In this document: positions 47,130-56,914 of the stretch, one piece after another
Layout of the letters: every line of letters starts with the position of its first letter
Position numbering within the stretch: position 1 is the first letter of the stretch
From: Nitrospirota bacterium
Lineage (GTDB): Bacteria > Nitrospirota > Leptospirillia > Leptospirillales > Leptospirillaceae
Assembly (NCBI GenBank): GCA_021828805.1
Contig: JAJZCZ010000001.1
Location: forward strand, 715-64,714
Direction: 5' to 3'
DNA: 64,000 nucleotides
Notes under the pieces: model-generated
Seen by the model: the letters and a program-made list of their open reading frames with translations, nothing else
Database searches by the model: none
What the model was told of the DNA's origin: nothing
Translations under genes and position numbers: made by a program

Positions 47130-48146
47130 GTGACTCCCATCCAGAGGTTTCGCCTCTCACTGCTTCTCTTCCTCCTTCTCGTGGGAGGCGGGACGCTTGG
47201 TTATATGGAGATCGAGGGGTGGGGGTGGCTCGACTCTCTGTTCATGACGGTCATCACCGTTTCGACGGTCGGGTACCAGACTGTCCACCAGCTTGACAGG
47301 GCTGGCATTTTCTTTACGATGGCGCTGATCGTGGTTGGAGTGGGAACGGTCGGATATGCCATTGCGACCCTTTCCGAGACGATTCTCGAAGGACATCTGC
47401 AGAACTTCTTGGGAGGCCGCAAGATGGAGCGGGCGATCGAAAAGATGGAGAGGCATGTGATCGTCTGCGGCTTTGGTCGGATCGGTTCTCTGACCGTTCC
47501 CGCCCTGCATGCCCAGGGAATTCCCTTTGTGGTTGTCGAAGAGAACCCGGATCTTGTGAAGGAGATCCTCGAGCGCAAGTATCCCGTCATCATCGGAAAT
47601 GCCACGGAAGAAGGAACGCTGATGAAGGCCGGTGTGGAACGTGCTTCCGCCCTTCTCGTGACACTTTCCACCCGTGTGGCGGACGCGGCGTATATTGTGA
47701 TGAGTACGAGGATTGACTACCCGAGCCTCACGATTATTGCCGTGGCCAACGATTCCCGGACGGAAGCCAAGCTGCTGAGGGCGGGGGCAAGCAAGGTGGT
47801 CTCTCCCTTCATTCTGGGCAGCCACCGTATGGTCATGGCCTTGACCCAGCCCACGCTTCTCGACGTCATGGATGTCGTCAGCGGCCGTGACGGGATGGGG
47901 CTATCCTTTGAGGAGCTCGTGATCCCGGAGGCCTCTCTGTTTTGTGACCACTCGATCGCCGAGATTGCGAAGAACCACGGATTTCGGTCCCACATTATCG
48001 CCATTCGTCCCGCGGGCGGGAAAAACTTTATCCTTCCTACCGCCCAGAGTGTCCTTCGAGCCAACGACCAGATCGTTCTCATCGGTTCGCGCGAAGAGAT
48101 CAAACGGATCCGGGAGCTGATGGACCATGAGGGACGAGTATCGTGA
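47130..48146 (+). CDS. Two-TM K+ channel-like protein with RCK (TrkA-N/TrkA-C) domains
   Basis: Pore region LFMTVITVSTVGYQT, NAD-type fold VIVCGFGRIGS, C-terminal TrkA-C-like domain. GTG start follows AAGGAG. Confidence 0.8.
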   Translation: MTPIQRFRLSLLLFLLLVGGGTLGYMEIEGWGWLDSLFMTVITVSTVGYQTVHQLDRAGIFFTMALIVVGVGTVGYAIATLSETILEGHLQNFLGGRKMERAIEKMERHVIVCGFGRIGSLTVPALHAQGIPFVVVEENPDLVKEILERKYPVIIGNATEEGTLMKAGVERASALLVTLSTRVADAAYIVMSTRIDYPSLTIIAVANDSRTEAKLLRAGASKVVSPFILGSHRMVMALTQPTLLDVMDVVSGRDGMGLSFEELVIPEASLFCDHSIAEIAKNHGFRSHIIAIRPAGGKNFILPTAQSVLRANDQIVLIGSREEIKRIRELMDHEGRVS

Positions 48147-48225
48147 TGCGGGGACCGGTTGACCAGGAAGGAGACAATGGGTGAGGAAGGGTGAGGGAGG
48201 GGAGCCACCGGCGAAGTCCCTGTCC

Positions 48226-49431
48226 ATGAAGGAGTGGGTCTCCCGGGGAAGCCGGGTCCTGATGAACAACGTCTCCCGGGAGGAGCTCGCCTTCCGGAAG
48301 GGGCGGGGATCCTGGCTCTATACGATCGAGGGAGACGGCTACCTCGATTTTCTGGGGGGCATTGCGATCCATGTTCTGGGCCATTGCCACCCCAAGGTGA
48401 CGGTTGCCGTCCAGAAACAGGCCCAGCGTCTTCTTCACACCTCCAACCTCTACTACCATGAACCCCAGGTGCTCCTGGCGGAATTTCTTGTGCGGGAAAC
48501 CTTTGCCGACCGTGTCTTTTTTGCCAATTCGGGGACGGAGGTCGTCGAGGCGGCGATCAAGCTCTGCCGGCGATTTGGTGCTGCCACCGGCCGCTTTGAC
48601 CTTCTGGGCATGGAGGGAAGCTTCCATGGCCGGACACTGGGCGCCCTTTCAATCACCGGTCAGAAGAAGATCCGTGAGGGGATCGGTCCCATTCCGGAAG
48701 GCTTCGACTGGGCGCCCTTCAACGACTTCGAAGGGGTGGTCCGGAAGGTGACTCCCCGGACGTCTGCGATTTTTGTGGAGCCCGTTCAGGGGGAGGGAGG
48801 GGTCATTCCCGCCGCCCCCGATTTTTTAAAGAAGCTGCGGGCCTTCACCCGGGATCAAGGGATTCTTCTCGTCTTTGACGAAATCCAGACAGGGATCGCC
48901 CGGACGGGCACTCTTTTTGCCTATCAGGACCTCGATGTCGTCCCCGATATTCTTTTGTCGGCCAAGGCGCTGGGGGGAGGCCTTCCCCTGGGGGCGCTCC
49001 TGACGACGGAAGAGTTTTCCGCCTTTCTTCCTCCCGGCTCCCACGGATCGACATTCGGGGGCAACCCGCTGGCCTGTGCGGCAGGGCTCGCTGTTCTCGA
49101 GGTGCTTTATGAGGAGGGATACCTTCCCTCCGGTGCCGCCCGGATGGCTGCGGTCCTCTGGGAGGAGCTCCAACAGCTTGCCGGGCGCCACCCTGAATGG
49201 ATTCTTGAAATCCGGGGAAAAGGGATGATGGTGGGACTTGTCCTTCCCGGTCAGGCCCCGGAGGTCAAGCAGCGCTTTCTTGCCGAAAAGGTTCTCGTGA
49301 ATGCGGCGTCTTCCGAGGTGATCCGGATCCTTCCTCCCGTCAATCTTTCCATCGAGGAGATCGATATCTTTATTGACCGCGCCGATCGGGTTTTTTCCAT
49401 GATGGGTCGCCCCTCCGGAGGGGGAAAGTGA
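48226..49431 (+). CDS. argD: Acetylornithine aminotransferase
   Basis: NSGTEVVEAAIKL, DEIQTGIARTG, and PLP-lysine region LSAKALGGGLPLGA. Confidence 0.85.
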   Translation: MKEWVSRGSRVLMNNVSREELAFRKGRGSWLYTIEGDGYLDFLGGIAIHVLGHCHPKVTVAVQKQAQRLLHTSNLYYHEPQVLLAEFLVRETFADRVFFANSGTEVVEAAIKLCRRFGAATGRFDLLGMEGSFHGRTLGALSITGQKKIREGIGPIPEGFDWAPFNDFEGVVRKVTPRTSAIFVEPVQGEGGVIPAAPDFLKKLRAFTRDQGILLVFDEIQTGIARTGTLFAYQDLDVVPDILLSAKALGGGLPLGALLTTEEFSAFLPPGSHGSTFGGNPLACAAGLAVLEVLYEEGYLPSGAARMAAVLWEELQQLAGRHPEWILEIRGKGMMVGLVLPGQAPEVKQRFLAEKVLVNAASSEVIRILPPVNLSIEEIDIFIDRADRVFSMMGRPSGGGK

Positions 49432-50363
49432 CGAAAAAAACGGGACAATCCTTTCTGACCCTCCGGGACCATACGCCTGCGGCACTGCGCTCCATTCTCG
49501 ACCTGGCGGTCCGGGTCGAAGGGGATCCGGGGGCCTTCCGGGAGCCCCTTGCCTGGAAGACGGTCGGACTGCTTTTTGAGAAGAGCTCAACCCGAACCCG
49601 CCTCTCCTTCGAGTCGGGAATCCGGCAGCTGGGAGGAGGGAGCCTTTTCCTGGGGGCCGACATCCAGCTGGCGAGAGGAGAGTCGATCGAGGATACCGCC
49701 CGGGTCATGAGCGCCTACCTCGACATGGTGATTATCCGGACCTTTGGCCATGACAGGATTGAGGCCTTCGATCGTGCCTCCTCCGTTCCGGTCATCAATG
49801 GTCTGACCGACGGCCACCATCCCTGCCAGGCCCTGTCGGATTTTTACTATATGGAAAAGGTCTTCGGCCGCCTGTCCGGGCTCTCCATGGCCTTTGTGGG
49901 AGACGGGAACAACATGGCCCGCTCGTTAGCCGAGGGGGCCGCCCTTCTGGGGGTGCACTTTATCCTGGCCGCTCCCGAAGGGTACCGGTTGCCTCCGGAG
50001 GAGGTTCTTCACCTCGACGGGGTGGCCCGGAAGAACGGAGGATCTGTCCGGGTGGTCGCGGACCCCCGGGAGGCGGCCCGGAAGGCGCATGTCCTTTATA
50101 CCGACGTCTGGACGAGCATGGGGCAGGAGGCGGAGTCCCGCCAGAGAGAGCAGGCCTTCAAAGGATATGTCATTGACGGGAGTCTTCTTGCGGAGGCTGA
50201 GCCCTCGGCCATTGTCATGCACTGTCTTCCGGCTTACCGGGGAAAGGAAATTACGGCGGAGGTGATCGACGGTCCTCGTTCGCGGGTGTTCGAACAGGCG
50301 GCGGCGCGTCTCCCGCTTCAGAAAGCCATCATGATTGACTGTATGGAAAGGAAAGGGCAATGA
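49428..50363 (+). CDS. argF: Ornithine carbamoyltransferase
   Basis: SSTRTRLSFE, DGHHPCQAL and HCLPAYRG motifs. GTGA overlap with argD. Confidence 0.9.
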   Translation: MTKKTGQSFLTLRDHTPAALRSILDLAVRVEGDPGAFREPLAWKTVGLLFEKSSTRTRLSFESGIRQLGGGSLFLGADIQLARGESIEDTARVMSAYLDMVIIRTFGHDRIEAFDRASSVPVINGLTDGHHPCQALSDFYYMEKVFGRLSGLSMAFVGDGNNMARSLAEGAALLGVHFILAAPEGYRLPPEEVLHLDGVARKNGGSVRVVADPREAARKAHVLYTDVWTSMGQEAESRQREQAFKGYVIDGSLLAEAEPSAIVMHCLPAYRGKEITAEVIDGPRSRVFEQAAARLPLQKAIMIDCMERKGQ

Positions 50364-51595
50364 CCCAGAAGAAGGCAGATTCGGGAGGGGAAAATCCGAA
50401 GCGGGTTGTCCTGGCGTACTCGGGGGGACTGGATACCTCGGTGGCCATCGTATGGCTCAAGAAGACCTACGGATGTGAGGTGATCTGTTACTGCGCCGAC
50501 CTGGGCCAGGGGGAGGATCTGGATGCCGTGGCCAAGAAGGCCCGGGCGTCGGGCGCCTCCGATGTCGTGGTCGTCGACCTTCGGGAGACCTTTGTCCGGG
50601 AGTTCATCTTCCCGATGATCGCCTCCGGAGCCGTTTACGAGGACGGCTATCTTCTGGGAACCTCAATTGCCCGTCCCCTCATCGCCCGTGCCCAGATGGA
50701 GATTGCCCGGGAACGGGGGGCCGATGCCGTCTCCCATGGGGCGACGGGAAAGGGAAATGACCAGGTCCGCTTTGAACTGGGCTACTATTACTTTGACCCC
50801 AAGATCCGGATCATCGCTCCCTGGCGCCTCTGGACCTTCACCAGCCGCTCCGAGCTCATCAACTACTCAAAAGAAAATGGCATCCCGGTGACGGCCACCC
50901 TGGAAAAGCCCTACAGCGTGGACCGGAACCTCTTCCATACAAGCTACGAGGGCGGGATCCTCGAAGATCCCTGGGCGGCGCCTCCTGAGGAGATCTTCCA
51001 GATGACCCGGGATCCCCGGACCGGACCCGACACGCCCGAAGAGGTCACGGTCTCTTTTGAGAAGGGGGTTCCCATTGCCATCAATGGCGCCCTTCTCTCT
51101 CCCCTTGAGATCATGGAAAAGGCCAACACTCTTGGAGCCATCCATGGAATCGGCCGGATTGACCTGGTGGAGAGCCGGTTTGTAGGGATGAAGTCCCGGG
51201 GTGTCTATGAAACCCCCGGAGGAACCCTGCTCCACGCCGCCCACCGGGCACTCGAGACCCTGACCCTCGACCGGGAGGTCCTCTCCCTCAAGGCCCAGAT
51301 CATGCCCCAGTATGCCCGTCTTATCTATAACGGCTTCTGGTTCTCCCCGGAGAGGCTGGCCCTGTACGACCTTGTGCTTCATACCCAGCACCGGGTCACC
51401 GGAGATGTGCGGCTCCTGCTCTACAAGGGCGGGATCCGGGTGGCGGGCCGCCGTTCTCCCTACTCCCTGTATCGCAAGGACCTGGCGACCTTCGAGACCG
51501 ACTCGGTTTACCGTCAGTCGGATGCCGACGGCTTCATCCGGATCCAGGCTCTGCGGCTCAAGCTCTTTTCCGATCAGGAGGGGGCGGCTCCTTGA
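50360..51595 (+). CDS. argG: Argininosuccinate synthase
   Basis: AYSGGLDTSV and SHGATGKGNDQVRFE. ATGA overlap with argF. Confidence 0.95.
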   Translation: MTQKKADSGGENPKRVVLAYSGGLDTSVAIVWLKKTYGCEVICYCADLGQGEDLDAVAKKARASGASDVVVVDLRETFVREFIFPMIASGAVYEDGYLLGTSIARPLIARAQMEIARERGADAVSHGATGKGNDQVRFELGYYYFDPKIRIIAPWRLWTFTSRSELINYSKENGIPVTATLEKPYSVDRNLFHTSYEGGILEDPWAAPPEEIFQMTRDPRTGPDTPEEVTVSFEKGVPIAINGALLSPLEIMEKANTLGAIHGIGRIDLVESRFVGMKSRGVYETPGGTLLHAAHRALETLTLDREVLSLKAQIMPQYARLIYNGFWFSPERLALYDLVLHTQHRVTGDVRLLLYKGGIRVAGRRSPYSLYRKDLATFETDSVYRQSDADGFIRIQALRLKLFSDQEGAAP

Positions 51596-53052
51596 GCGGG
51601 AATCCGAAGGAGACCGCCTCTTCCAAACCCTGGGGAGGACGGTTTGCCGAATCTACGGATAAGGATGTCGAAGGATTTACCGAATCGATCTCTTTCGACC
51701 GCCGTCTCTTCCGGGAAGATATCCGGGGCTCCCGGGCTCATGTCCGCATGCTCGCCCGGGTGGGCCTTCTGACCCCGGAGGAGCGGGACCAGATTCTTCA
51801 GGGTCTCGACCGGGTGGAGGAGGAGTTTGCCGCCGGACAGGTGGAGCTCCGTCCCGACTGGGAAGATGTCCACATGCATGTGGAAAAGCGCCTCGTCCAC
51901 CATGCCGGGCCGGCCGGTCTCAAGATCCACACCGCCCGGAGCCGCAACGACCAGGTGGCTCTCGACCTGCGCCTCTTTGTCAGGGCGGCGGCCGACCGTC
52001 TGACCGGAGAGCTCGACCGGCTTCTTGAGGCGACACTTCGAAAGGGGTACGACTACCGTGCGTTGATCCTGCCGGCCTATACCCATACCCAGCAGGCCCA
52101 GCCCGTTTCGGGGGGGTATTACTTCGGCGCCTACGCCGAACGCCTTCTGCGGGACAGGAAGCGTCTTCAGGGGGTCCTTGATTCTGCCGGTCTTTGTCCC
52201 CTGGGTTCGGGAGCCCTGGCCGGGACGACGCTTCCGATCGACCGCGAGTTTGTTGCCGCAGAGCTCGGTTTTTCAGGGGTGACCCGCAACGGCCTCGATA
52301 CGGTGGGTGACCGGGACTTCGTGGCGGACTTCCTCCATGCCCTCTCCCTTCTCATGGTCCACCTCTCCGGGTGGGCGGAGGAATGGATCCTCTGGTCGAC
52401 GAGAGAGTTCGGGATGGTGCGGCTTCCGGACCGTCTTCTGACCGGTTCGTCCATGATGCCCCAGAAAAAGAATCCCGACATCCTGGAGCTTGTTCGCGGG
52501 AAGGCGGGACGGGTCTTCGGCGGCTATACCGGCCTTCTGGTTCTTCTCAAGGGCCTTCCCCTCTCCTACAACCGGGATCTCCAGGAGGACAAGGAGGCCC
52601 TTTTCGATGCCGTCGATACGGTGGCGGGCTCGCTTCTGATGATGCGGCTGGCGGTCGACGGGATGTCCTTTGAAACGGCCAGGATCGAAGAAATTCTGGG
52701 CAAGACGGAGCTTCTCGCCACAGACATTGCCGAGGATCTGGTCCGGCTGGGGGTGCCGTTTCGGGAGGCCCACGCCATCGTCGGACGTATCGTGGCCCAT
52801 GCGGCTAAGAACAGCTGTCGCCTCGAAGAGCTTCCCGACTCCGATCTGGCCCTTTTCTTTGACCGCTTTCCCCGGGGATACGCATCGACCCTCTCGCCGG
52901 GGGGGTCGGTCGCCCGGCGCTCCCATACCGGGGGGCCGGCCCCTGAGACCGTGCTCCAGCGATTTCACGAGATCTGGCAGGAGATTTTCCGGACATCCCC
53001 CCCGTGGTCGCCGCCCCCCTCCTCTCCCGGGGAGAGTGGACGTGGCCGCTAA
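51592..53052 (+). CDS. argH: Argininosuccinate lyase (with Pro-rich C-terminal tail)
   Basis: Fumarate-lyase signature GSSMMPQKKNPD, also TARSRNDQV. Confidence 0.9.
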   Translation: MSGNPKETASSKPWGGRFAESTDKDVEGFTESISFDRRLFREDIRGSRAHVRMLARVGLLTPEERDQILQGLDRVEEEFAAGQVELRPDWEDVHMHVEKRLVHHAGPAGLKIHTARSRNDQVALDLRLFVRAAADRLTGELDRLLEATLRKGYDYRALILPAYTHTQQAQPVSGGYYFGAYAERLLRDRKRLQGVLDSAGLCPLGSGALAGTTLPIDREFVAAELGFSGVTRNGLDTVGDRDFVADFLHALSLLMVHLSGWAEEWILWSTREFGMVRLPDRLLTGSSMMPQKKNPDILELVRGKAGRVFGGYTGLLVLLKGLPLSYNRDLQEDKEALFDAVDTVAGSLLMMRLAVDGMSFETARIEEILGKTELLATDIAEDLVRLGVPFREAHAIVGRIVAHAAKNSCRLEELPDSDLALFFDRFPRGYASTLSPGGSVARRSHTGGPAPETVLQRFHEIWQEIFRTSPPWSPPPSSPGESGRGR

Positions 53053-53296
53053 CTCTCCGGGGAATGGCCGGGGGGCTGTCTTTCGCCCCCGCTTTCTGGC
53101 CGGGCTGGTCCTTGTTGCCTTTCTGGGGGGGTGCGGAATCCAGGGGAGTCCGATTCCTCCGGAAAATGTTCCTCCCGAGACACCCCCCGAGGCGCCGGCC
53201 AAGAAAGCGCCGCCGGGGAGCGCTCCCTCCGGAGGACAGAAGGATGGAGGAGACCTGAATCAGGAGGAGCCCGAAGGGGGATTCCCCGATCAGTGA
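53036..53296 (+). CDS. Candidate small lipoprotein
   Basis: GTG at 53036. Signal peptide with lipobox AFLGGCG, then a Pro-rich acidic tail. Overlaps the argH 3' end. Confidence 0.35.
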   Translation: MDVAANSPGNGRGAVFRPRFLAGLVLVAFLGGCGIQGSPIPPENVPPETPPEAPAKKAPPGSAPSGGQKDGGDLNQEEPEGGFPDQ

Positions 53297-53437
53297 CGGG
53301 GAGTCCGGACGCTCCGGGCGCAACGGTCGGAGCCCTCTGGAAAGAACCGGGCGACGCGCCGGATTGTCGATGATGAGGAGAAAAGGGGGCGGATGTCCCG
53401 CCCCTCGATATAACACCACCATAAGGGAGCACAGAAC

Positions 53438-54679
53438 GTGAGTTCATTCGAATACAGAAACGGTCGTCTTTTCGTTGAGAGCATGCCGGTCGAGGAGATT
53501 GTCGGGAAGGAAGGGTCTCCTCTTTACATATACAGCAAGAGCGCCCTGGTCGAGAGAATCCGGGCCTACCGGGAGGCCTTTGCGGCCCACCCGACCCTTG
53601 TGGCCTACGCCATGAAGGCCAATGGCAATCTGGCCATTCTCTCGCTGCTGGCCAAGGAGGGAGCCGGGATCGATGTGGTGTCGGGAGGAGAACTCTTCCG
53701 GGCCCGCAAAGCGGGAGTTCCCGCCAACAAGATTGTCTTTGCCGGCGTGGGAAAGAGCCGTGAAGAGATCACCTATGCGCTCCAGGAAAAGATCCTCATG
53801 TTCAACGTGGAGAGCCAGGATGAGCTCGACCATATCAGTGAAGTGGCGGTCTCCCTGGGAACACAGGCCCCGGTTGCCCTCCGCGTGAACCCCGATGTCG
53901 ACCCCAAGACCCACCCCTACATCTCCACGGGCATGAAGAAGTCGAAGTTCGGCATCCCCGTGGAGCGGGCGGTAGCGGAGTATCAGCGGGCCTCAACCCT
54001 TCCGGGTATCAAGATCGTCGGGATCCACCAGCACATCGGCTCCCAGCTCACGGAAATCTCTCCCTTCCGGGATGCCTTTGACCGCCTGCTGGCCTTTCAC
54101 GGGGAGCTGGCCCGGGCGGGGATCAAGGTGACCCATCTCGATCTGGGGGGCGGACTTGGTATTCGCTACCGGAGCGAGGAGCCCCCCTCTCCGGCCGATC
54201 TCGCGGCGCTGGTTCTTCCCCGGGTCCGGGATCTGGGAGTGACCCTGGTGCTTGAGCCGGGACGTTCCATTGTGGGCAACTCCGGGATTCTGGTCACCCG
54301 CGTTCTCTATCGCAAGAACACGGCTGTGAAGAGCTTCGTCATCGGAGATGCCGGAATGAACGACCTCCTTCGCCCCTCTCTTTACGGGGCTCATCACGAT
54401 CTTCTCCCGGTCCGGGAGAAGAAGGGGGAAGGGATCAAGGGAGATCTGGTGGGTCCCATCTGCGAAACAGGGGATTTTCTTGCCACCGACCGGGAGATGC
54501 CGGACTTTGTCGCGGGAGATCTCATTGCCGTGATGAGCGCCGGAGCCTATGGCTTCTCCATGTCCTCGAACTACAACGCCCGTCCCCGGCCGGCCGAAAT
54601 TCTCGTCGACGGCTCCTCCTATCGCGTGGTCCGGGACCGGGAAAGCTTTGAGGACCTCATCCGGGGTGAACGGGTGTGA
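53438..54679 (+). CDS. lysA: Diaminopimelate decarboxylase
   Basis: PLP-lysine YAMKANGN, GGGLGIRY, EPGRSIVGN, CETGD. Confidence 0.9.
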   Translation: MSSFEYRNGRLFVESMPVEEIVGKEGSPLYIYSKSALVERIRAYREAFAAHPTLVAYAMKANGNLAILSLLAKEGAGIDVVSGGELFRARKAGVPANKIVFAGVGKSREEITYALQEKILMFNVESQDELDHISEVAVSLGTQAPVALRVNPDVDPKTHPYISTGMKKSKFGIPVERAVAEYQRASTLPGIKIVGIHQHIGSQLTEISPFRDAFDRLLAFHGELARAGIKVTHLDLGGGLGIRYRSEEPPSPADLAALVLPRVRDLGVTLVLEPGRSIVGNSGILVTRVLYRKNTAVKSFVIGDAGMNDLLRPSLYGAHHDLLPVREKKGEGIKGDLVGPICETGDFLATDREMPDFVAGDLIAVMSAGAYGFSMSSNYNARPRPAEILVDGSSYRVVRDRESFEDLIRGERV

Positions 54680-55131
54680 GCCCGGATACTCACTCTCACG
54701 ACGACGATGGTGATGACGATGACGACATTCCCATGGCCCCTCCCCGCAAGGAGGGAAAGGGGTGTTTTCTCGTCCTGATTGTTCTGTCGGCCATTCCTGT
54801 TGTCTTTTTTCTTCTGACATTCCTCGGGGGGAACTACCTGACGTATGTCTACATGCGCTACTTTGCCGTCGACCGGGGGCGGGGCGTACGGCGGCCTCCG
54901 GAGATTCCCCTGCCGGAGTTTACCCGGGACCTTCAGGACTTCGATCGTTTTTACGATGCGGGGAACCGGGGGACCATTCCCGGACGGGATGTGGTGAATC
55001 TCTCCTCTGAACTCAAGAACATGATGAGCTATCCGGGGCCGGTGCGTCCCGAAGTTCTCCGGGAGGTTGATAGACACGCCCGGGAGGTCATGCAACAATA
55101 TCATGTTGACGGGGGCGGACCGGCCCGCTAA
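54676..55131 (+). CDS. Hypothetical membrane protein with poly-Asp N-terminus
   Basis: HSHDDDGDDDDD, then one TM segment (FLVLIVLSAIPVVFFLLTFL) and a soluble domain. Start overlaps the lysA stop. Confidence 0.4.
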   Translation: MSPDTHSHDDDGDDDDDIPMAPPRKEGKGCFLVLIVLSAIPVVFFLLTFLGGNYLTYVYMRYFAVDRGRGVRRPPEIPLPEFTRDLQDFDRFYDAGNRGTIPGRDVVNLSSELKNMMSYPGPVRPEVLREVDRHAREVMQQYHVDGGGPAR

Positions 55132-55199
55132 CGGGCTCTTCCGCCGTCGCCCTGACCGGAGGGATCTTCTCTCCGACAACCTTCAGGAGGAACCAAAGG

Positions 55200-56105
55200 G
55201 TGTTTGCAGGCTCCATGGTGGCGCTGGTCACGCCGTTTGAAAAAGACCCGGGAGGCCACGGGGGCCGCATCGATGAGAAGGCTCTCCGCCATCTGGTGGA
55301 TCTTCATGTGAAGGAAGGGACCCGTACGATCGTTCCCGTCGGAACAACGGGCGAGTCCGCGACCCTGACCCACGAAGAGCACGAGAAGGTGATCGGCATC
55401 GTGGTCGAACAGGCGGCCAGGAGGGTCAAGGTCCTGGCCGGAACGGGCTCCAACAGCACGGAAGAGGCGGTTGCTCTCACCCGGGCGGCCCAGCGGATTG
55501 GTGCCGACGGCGCTCTTGTCATCACGCCCTATTACAACCGGCCGACCCAGGAGGGGCTTGTCCGCCACTATGAGACCCTGGCCTCCCGGGTGTCCTTTCC
55601 CATGGTGATCTACAATGTTCCCGCCCGGACCGGAGTGAACATGCTTCCCGAGACGGTGGCCCGTCTGGCAGGAATCCAGGCATATGTGGGGGTGAAGGAG
55701 GCGTCAGGGAGCATCTCCCAGGCCATCGATCTCATGGACCGCCTCGAGGGCCGCATGGCGATCTACTCCGGGGACGATATCCTCACCTATCCCCTCCTGG
55801 CCCTCGGCGGCCACGGGACGATCTCCGTGTCAGCCAATCTCGTGCCCCGGAAGATGGCCGATCTTTGCGATCTGGCGCTCTCCGGCGATCTGGCCGGCTC
55901 GCTTCGCATCCACCGGGAGCTGGTGCCGCTGCACCGGGCCCTGGGCCTTGAGACCAATCCCATTCCCATCAAGACGGCCATGGAAATCGCCGGGATGATC
56001 GGAAGCTCCATGCGCCTTCCCCTCGTTCCCATGGATCTCGGAAACAGGGCAAAACTTGAAAAGGTTCTCGGGGATCTGGGGATGGCCTCCGGAGGCCGCC
56101 GGTGA
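55200..56105 (+). CDS. dapA: 4-hydroxy-tetrahydrodipicolinate synthase
   Basis: VGTTGESATLTHEEH, YNVPARTG, and catalytic-lysine region VGVKEASG. Confidence 0.9.
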   Translation: MFAGSMVALVTPFEKDPGGHGGRIDEKALRHLVDLHVKEGTRTIVPVGTTGESATLTHEEHEKVIGIVVEQAARRVKVLAGTGSNSTEEAVALTRAAQRIGADGALVITPYYNRPTQEGLVRHYETLASRVSFPMVIYNVPARTGVNMLPETVARLAGIQAYVGVKEASGSISQAIDLMDRLEGRMAIYSGDDILTYPLLALGGHGTISVSANLVPRKMADLCDLALSGDLAGSLRIHRELVPLHRALGLETNPIPIKTAMEIAGMIGSSMRLPLVPMDLGNRAKLEKVLGDLGMASGGRR

Positions 56106-56914
56106 GGGAGAGTCGAGTCAAGGTTGCCCTGATCGGCGCCGGGGGGCGTATGGGCCGTGAAATCGCTGCCGTTCTCTCCGAGGATCCCCGTCTGACGCTT
56201 GGGGCGGCCTTCGAGTCCCCCCATTCCCCTCTCCTGGGCCGAACGGTGTCGGGGTTCCCGGAGATCGTCTACGAACCCCTCTCCGGGTCGGCTCTCAAGA
56301 AGTGCTCAGTGGGAATTGATTTTTCTCAGCCGGAAGGGCTGCGGGCCACCGTCGATATTTTTCGTGAGACACGCCTTCCCCTGGTGGTGGGAACGACCGG
56401 CCTCTCGCCCGACGACCGGGATTATGTCCGGAAGGCGGGCGGGGAGATCCCGATTCTCTGGTCTCCCAACATGAGTCTGGGGGTGAACCTCCTGGCGATC
56501 CTCGCCGGCCAGGCCGCCAGAAGCCTCGCCGGCTTTGATTGCGAAATCCTCGAGATCCACCACCGCCACAAGAAGGACGCGCCCAGCGGAACCGCGCTCT
56601 TCCTCGGAGAGGCCGTGGCCCAGGCCCGCGATCAGCTTCTCTCCCAGACCGGGGTCTTTGTCAGACACGGACTCACCGGTGAGAGAGAGGAGGACGCCAT
56701 CGGGGTCATGGCGCTGCGCGGAGGGGATGTGCCGGGAGACCATACCGTCTTTTTCCTGGGACCCGGGGAGCGTCTTGAGCTCACCCACCGGGCGGGAAGC
56801 CGGGCGGTCTTCGCCCGCGGGGCGGTGACGGCGGCGGCCTTCCTTCTTGGGCGGCCTCCCGGCTTCGCCACGATGGCGGACGTGCTCCTCGGCGGGGAGA
56901 GCCCCGAAGAATGA
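56102..56914 (+). CDS. dapB: 4-hydroxy-tetrahydrodipicolinate reductase
   Basis: VALIGAGGRMG and EIHHRHKKDAPSGTA. GTGA overlap with dapA. Confidence 0.9.
   Translation: MRESRVKVALIGAGGRMGREIAAVLSEDPRLTLGAAFESPHSPLLGRTVSGFPEIVYEPLSGSALKKCSVGIDFSQPEGLRATVDIFRETRLPLVVGTTGLSPDDRDYVRKAGGEIPILWSPNMSLGVNLLAILAGQAARSLAGFDCEILEIHHRHKKDAPSGTALFLGEAVAQARDQLLSQTGVFVRHGLTGEREEDAIGVMALRGGDVPGDHTVFFLGPGERLELTHRAGSRAVFARGAVTAAAFLLGRPPGFATMADVLLGGESPEE

Noticed and set aside
53297-53437. Possible lysine riboswitch or terminator upstream of lysA (hairpin GGGCGG-ATGTC-CCGCCC); also checked upstream of dapL.
   Set aside because: The region is too short and lacks the conserved lysine-riboswitch core as far as I can judge by eye. 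The hairpin has no U-tract.
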